DNA from: a virus
Lineage: Duplodnaviria; Caudoviricetes
Virus record (IMG/VR): IMGVR_UViG_2140918002_000003
Span: 1 to 63,087 of that record
Length of the DNA: 63,087 nt
Reading direction: 5' to 3' (one strand)
The notes beneath the pieces are model-generated. The model did no database searches. It saw only the letters and a list, made by a program, of their open reading frames with translations, and had not been told where the DNA came from. Of the stretch, positions 60,701-63,087 are shown in pieces. Numbering within the stretch: position 1 is the stretch's first letter; every line of letters starts with the position of its first letter. The translations under genes and the position numbers were made by a program.

Positions 60701-61353
60701 GTTGAACCTTCTGCATTAATGAATACCTCAATGGGTGGACTTATGTCCAATGCTGCTTGAATCACTGTTGCAGGATTTGTTCCTGATGATATCACTGCTC
60801 CGGTTGTGTTAACTGCGTAGTATGTTGTGCTGACTTTAAACACACGAATTAAGTCTCTTGCTGCAATTGTTGCATCTTTCATGTCAACAAATCCGGCAAC
60901 TAATGCATTGTAATCAGTCTCTAAACCTGCATTATCTCTTTTCATAAGATGTCCGTTGCTTGCAACAAAGAGGTGATGTTTTGAAGAACCGGGATTTGCA
61001 GGTGATGACATCTGCGTAAATACAGCACCGCTTGTGAATGTCTGCTTCTGTGCAAATGTCTGTGCTAGTCCTATTGATGCTAGAGTATCGTTTGCAGTTG
61101 ATGGTGGAAGTGTTAAATCAATATCAGTTGAAGGACTATTAGTTGGTCCACGTATTGTGATATTCTTTGTATCTGCTTGATTTCTAAAGTATAGAATTGC
61201 ATCCCAGAAACCCCACTTGTTAGTGGATTTGATTGTGACAGCAGCAACACCGGTAGTAACACCGTTGAAGAGTCTGCTGACCATCTCCATATCGTCAGCA
61301 CCATACTTGATTGAAGTGCCGGGATTTGTAATGTTAGTATCTTTCCAACTCAT
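57721..61353 (-). CDS. Large fibre/spike protein (1210 aa)
   Basis: G/T/N/S-rich, with a central beta-helix-like region and six repeats resembling IxxxTxGSEDG. Confidence 0.75.
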   Translation of the reverse strand: MSWKDTNITNPGTSIKYGADDMEMVSRLFNGVTTGVAAVTIKSTNKWGFWDAILYFRNQADTKNITIRGPTNSPSTDIDLTLPPSTANDTLASIGLAQTFAQKQTFTSGAVFTQMSSPANPGSSKHHLFVASNGHLMKRDNAGLETDYNALVAGFVDMKDATIAARDLIRVFKVSTTYYAVNTTGAVISSGTNPATVIQAALDISPPIEVFINAEGSTGWDFQAGFTGLDCKSYNTIHLSGTSNLNVPSGYTGAMFKIAGVRTNITIYSDGGYVNEVATVSRNWIAVQIGAGDSSDNIDNINIRGLVTFTSGDVVKINQGSTGTIESILLDGLSTDDTRRFITWNVSDATKVKDVTVQNCRPLLDGGSVTDCFKDVKGTRTLFIANTLYGVQGSCNETNIASGAVNTMIFGGNHTGVTGAFTDLGTDTYISDVTHTEFKLRGTPVSATISADQNNWSPTGWNEKQNTIRVTASGAARTITGLVPGANPKNRIVRLLNVGTFDVVLSSENASSTAANRFKFQTNITMMANQSTTLFYDSTDSRWRALSDAMAGHAMTTMANTFLEPITIKKDASDLLFLYRPNSTTNINQDLDFDFNDSVGTQVTYCDLRATVLDGTDGSEDGRFQINIVNAGTKVRTHLFENTGELAMLNNTSTVGANTILTFQALDSGAAVQNYAQIRSEILDNTAASEDGKLLFYLTRAGATTAVMELQDSIILRAAAGQDEIIEMYNPINTVGESAGMNWGLKDSANADHVYGNIYCAIVTNTAGATDSRWSFWLKKAGTGRNVFKIDQNGAIEMFNGANSVGTNTELSFQALSSTNNTRTYARIRSEIITNTNAAEDGKLEFLCIDGGTLTENMILYDDGTLELLRGPLSVIRSGSNVLLGVYRTNNTVGNQAGMEFFLQDSGSAKQQYGSLMSEIVVNTNGSEKGKTVISNMDSGTLRATQTFWNDGYIDLFRASSTNFIEWGHGFKALDTGSNETYYGYNVMELIDSTNGSEDGQFDWDVIRAGTLQRVMKLEADGTLRLGLDTNNMRYVGSYISTRADHVNVINTGAETTIINFTVKGGIMDVDSHVIVKAHGYLTQNSATATNYALRIKVGGTTVYQDNFGGSHAQSATVKPWYMELRFYRSNQSSTTGRMVGFLAMQDTSAPTTGQGSITDDETLVNANIRAQGISWTFANDTAILVSIDMDQTQAASEFQLDGYTAEFAP

Positions 61354-63056
61354 TTCGTGTTGCCACGTCCTGCACCGGATGTTCCTATTGTTGAAGCATT
61401 CGATCTTTCAGTTGGGGGTTGGAATCCTTTCTGACCTTCTGGAAGTGGATTCTTGCTAGCGAATTGGTCCATTGTCTTTTGCTGTTGGTCCATCTTTTGC
61501 TTCTGCAATTCCTGTTGCTGTTCAAATTTGATTTTATCTATTGGTGGAATATCAGTTAGTTGTCCGATTGGATTGACCCTCTTGGAAATCTCCTTGTTAT
61601 ATGGTTTCATTCCAAGGAATTGTCTACCTTCCTGCAATGTAATGAAGTATCGTCTTACAAGCAACTCAAGTGAGTTTGCCTTGGCAAGTATATCCTCAAA
61701 GGACCAAGGCATGTAGTTCTGGACCACTCTGAACTTCTGTCTTGTTGGGTCAGGTTCCTTTGTTGCTAGTGATAATAGATAATCATACAGTTGTGTGCTG
61801 AGATGATGTCCCATCCACCATCTATCACTTGATAATACGAGTTTATCATAAGCGTTCATCTGGATTTCCACATCACTTCTTGAAGTAGATTTACCACCAA
61901 ATGAGAACATGAATTCAGGTATTCTCATTTTCATCAGCATATGAGATATGACTGTTTGAAGTAGCGTTATGAGGAACCATCCATCATGCTTGATGTTGAC
62001 TGATTCAAAATCTACCTGTGAATTGAATCCTCTTATCAGTCCGGGTCCAATTGATGCCATGAATTTATCCATCTCATTCGTATTCATGTTTTTGAATTTC
62101 AGGATACCGGGTTGACACCAGAATGATGTTACTATTTCTGGAAAATCAATTTCCTCTGCTTGTCTTATGATATTGGATAACTTTAGAATAGAATGATAGT
62201 CTGATATTCCATAATACAGATTATTTGGAGTTACATGATTGTCATTTCGTGTAACATAGAGCAGATTTCTTGCAGGAATGTATACCGGTCCATCATTAGA
62301 ATATGAATTCTCAAAATCAGTGTATCTTACTGATTCAAATCCCCATGTTGCAGTGTCAACCTTTACTTGGTCCAGAAATGACCAGTGAAGAGGTTTAATC
62401 AGTGCAGGAGTTCCTTTTGGAATGTCTATATCATTTATCTTTGTATCTTCTATGAAAGTTTCAAGGAATAATGCACCAACTCCACCTACCATTGCTTGTC
62501 TTGCTAAATCTTGTTGATACCATTCAAGACCAATGTTTCTTGTGACAGTTTCTATGAATTTGACTATTTTATTTCTCTCATTTTCATTGTATCCTGTTGA
62601 ATCAAGGTCCTTTGTCAAATCTTCTTCTGATTCATAGACCTTGTTTGACATTGGCATCAATGATATCTGAGTCTGGTTAGCAAATGCTGACCAAGAGCGA
62701 ATGTTTGTTGCTTCACCTAGAATGTAATCATTAATGTATGCATCCCAGAGCAATTTCTTAAACTCTGGACCGTATATGGGTTTGAATTTAGTTGCTAAAA
62801 TTTCCTTTGATACAAATTCAGTATCATATGCTAAATTCGATATACCCTTTGCTGACTCTGCTAGATAGTTCCTATACTTGTCAGATACGTTATTAGAATT
62901 TACATTCCAGTAAGCGTATTTAGACTTTAATTGAAAATTCTCTGCAAATCTTCTTGATACTGCATGTGCTTTCTCTTCTTGTTCTACTGATTGTCCTCTT
63001 GATATAAGATGATAATCATTAGATGCACCGTGTAGAAATTCTGCTAATTGACCCAT
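61350..63056 (-). CDS. Portal protein
   Basis: 568 aa; QAMVGGVGALF, YYGISD and MRIPEFMF portal-like motifs; between terminase and head genes. Confidence 0.8.
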   Translation of the reverse strand: MGQLAEFLHGASNDYHLISRGQSVEQEEKAHAVSRRFAENFQLKSKYAYWNVNSNNVSDKYRNYLAESAKGISNLAYDTEFVSKEILATKFKPIYGPEFKKLLWDAYINDYILGEATNIRSWSAFANQTQISLMPMSNKVYESEEDLTKDLDSTGYNENERNKIVKFIETVTRNIGLEWYQQDLARQAMVGGVGALFLETFIEDTKINDIDIPKGTPALIKPLHWSFLDQVKVDTATWGFESVRYTDFENSYSNDGPVYIPARNLLYVTRNDNHVTPNNLYYGISDYHSILKLSNIIRQAEEIDFPEIVTSFWCQPGILKFKNMNTNEMDKFMASIGPGLIRGFNSQVDFESVNIKHDGWFLITLLQTVISHMLMKMRIPEFMFSFGGKSTSRSDVEIQMNAYDKLVLSSDRWWMGHHLSTQLYDYLLSLATKEPDPTRQKFRVVQNYMPWSFEDILAKANSLELLVRRYFITLQEGRQFLGMKPYNKEISKRVNPIGQLTDIPPIDKIKFEQQQELQKQKMDQQQKTMDQFASKNPLPEGQKGFQPPTERSNASTIGTSGAGRGNTK

Positions 63057-63087
63057 GTATGTAGATAACTAATTGTATATGGATTTG
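61734..63087. repeat. Direct terminal overlap, copy 2
   Basis: Matches 1-1354. Confidence 0.97.

Noticed and set aside
35443-61716. Many plus-strand ORFs antisense to structural genes (e.g. 45909-46289, 55096-55512, 56154-56561)
   Set aside because: They are shadow ORFs lying on the opposite strand of well-supported genes, with Ser/Phe-rich mirror composition.

Overview
The window is an apparently complete, circularly assembled genome of a tailed dsDNA virus (Caudoviricetes, siphovirus-like: tail tube, tail chaperones and tape measure, no sheath seen). Bases 1-1354 repeat at 61734-63087, giving a unit length of about 61,733 bp. The host is inferred to be an archaeon, probably a soil-type ammonia oxidiser (Nitrososphaeria). 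This rests on TATA boxes about 25 nt before leaderless starts, GGTGA Shine-Dalgarno motifs, AbrB/RHH regulators, many Zn-finger microproteins and secreted PsbP-like, PKD and phosphatase proteins. Layout: morphogenesis genes mostly on the minus strand (about 34.5-63 kb, continuing through 1-9 kb), a very AT-rich and GATC-rich island (about 11.5-18.1 kb), and a plus-strand block of small genes (19.9-34.5 kb). I recognise no polymerase, primase, MCM, Orc1/Cdc6 or integrase. Highlights: (1) a near-canonical archaeal origin recognition box (ORB) beside an AT-rich tract, suggesting a host-mimicking origin; (2) the island, bounded by about 40-bp inverted repeats and clusters of a TTRGTAAC motif, with about 45 GATC sites while GATC is scarce where counted outside it; (3) a 22x RILKW repeat protein that seems to start at a TTA codon; (4) a virion-type domain fused to a purple-acid-phosphatase-like enzyme; (5) a tail-chaperone -1 frameshift with a stimulatory hairpin. 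All counts are manual and all product calls come from motif recognition, not database searches.
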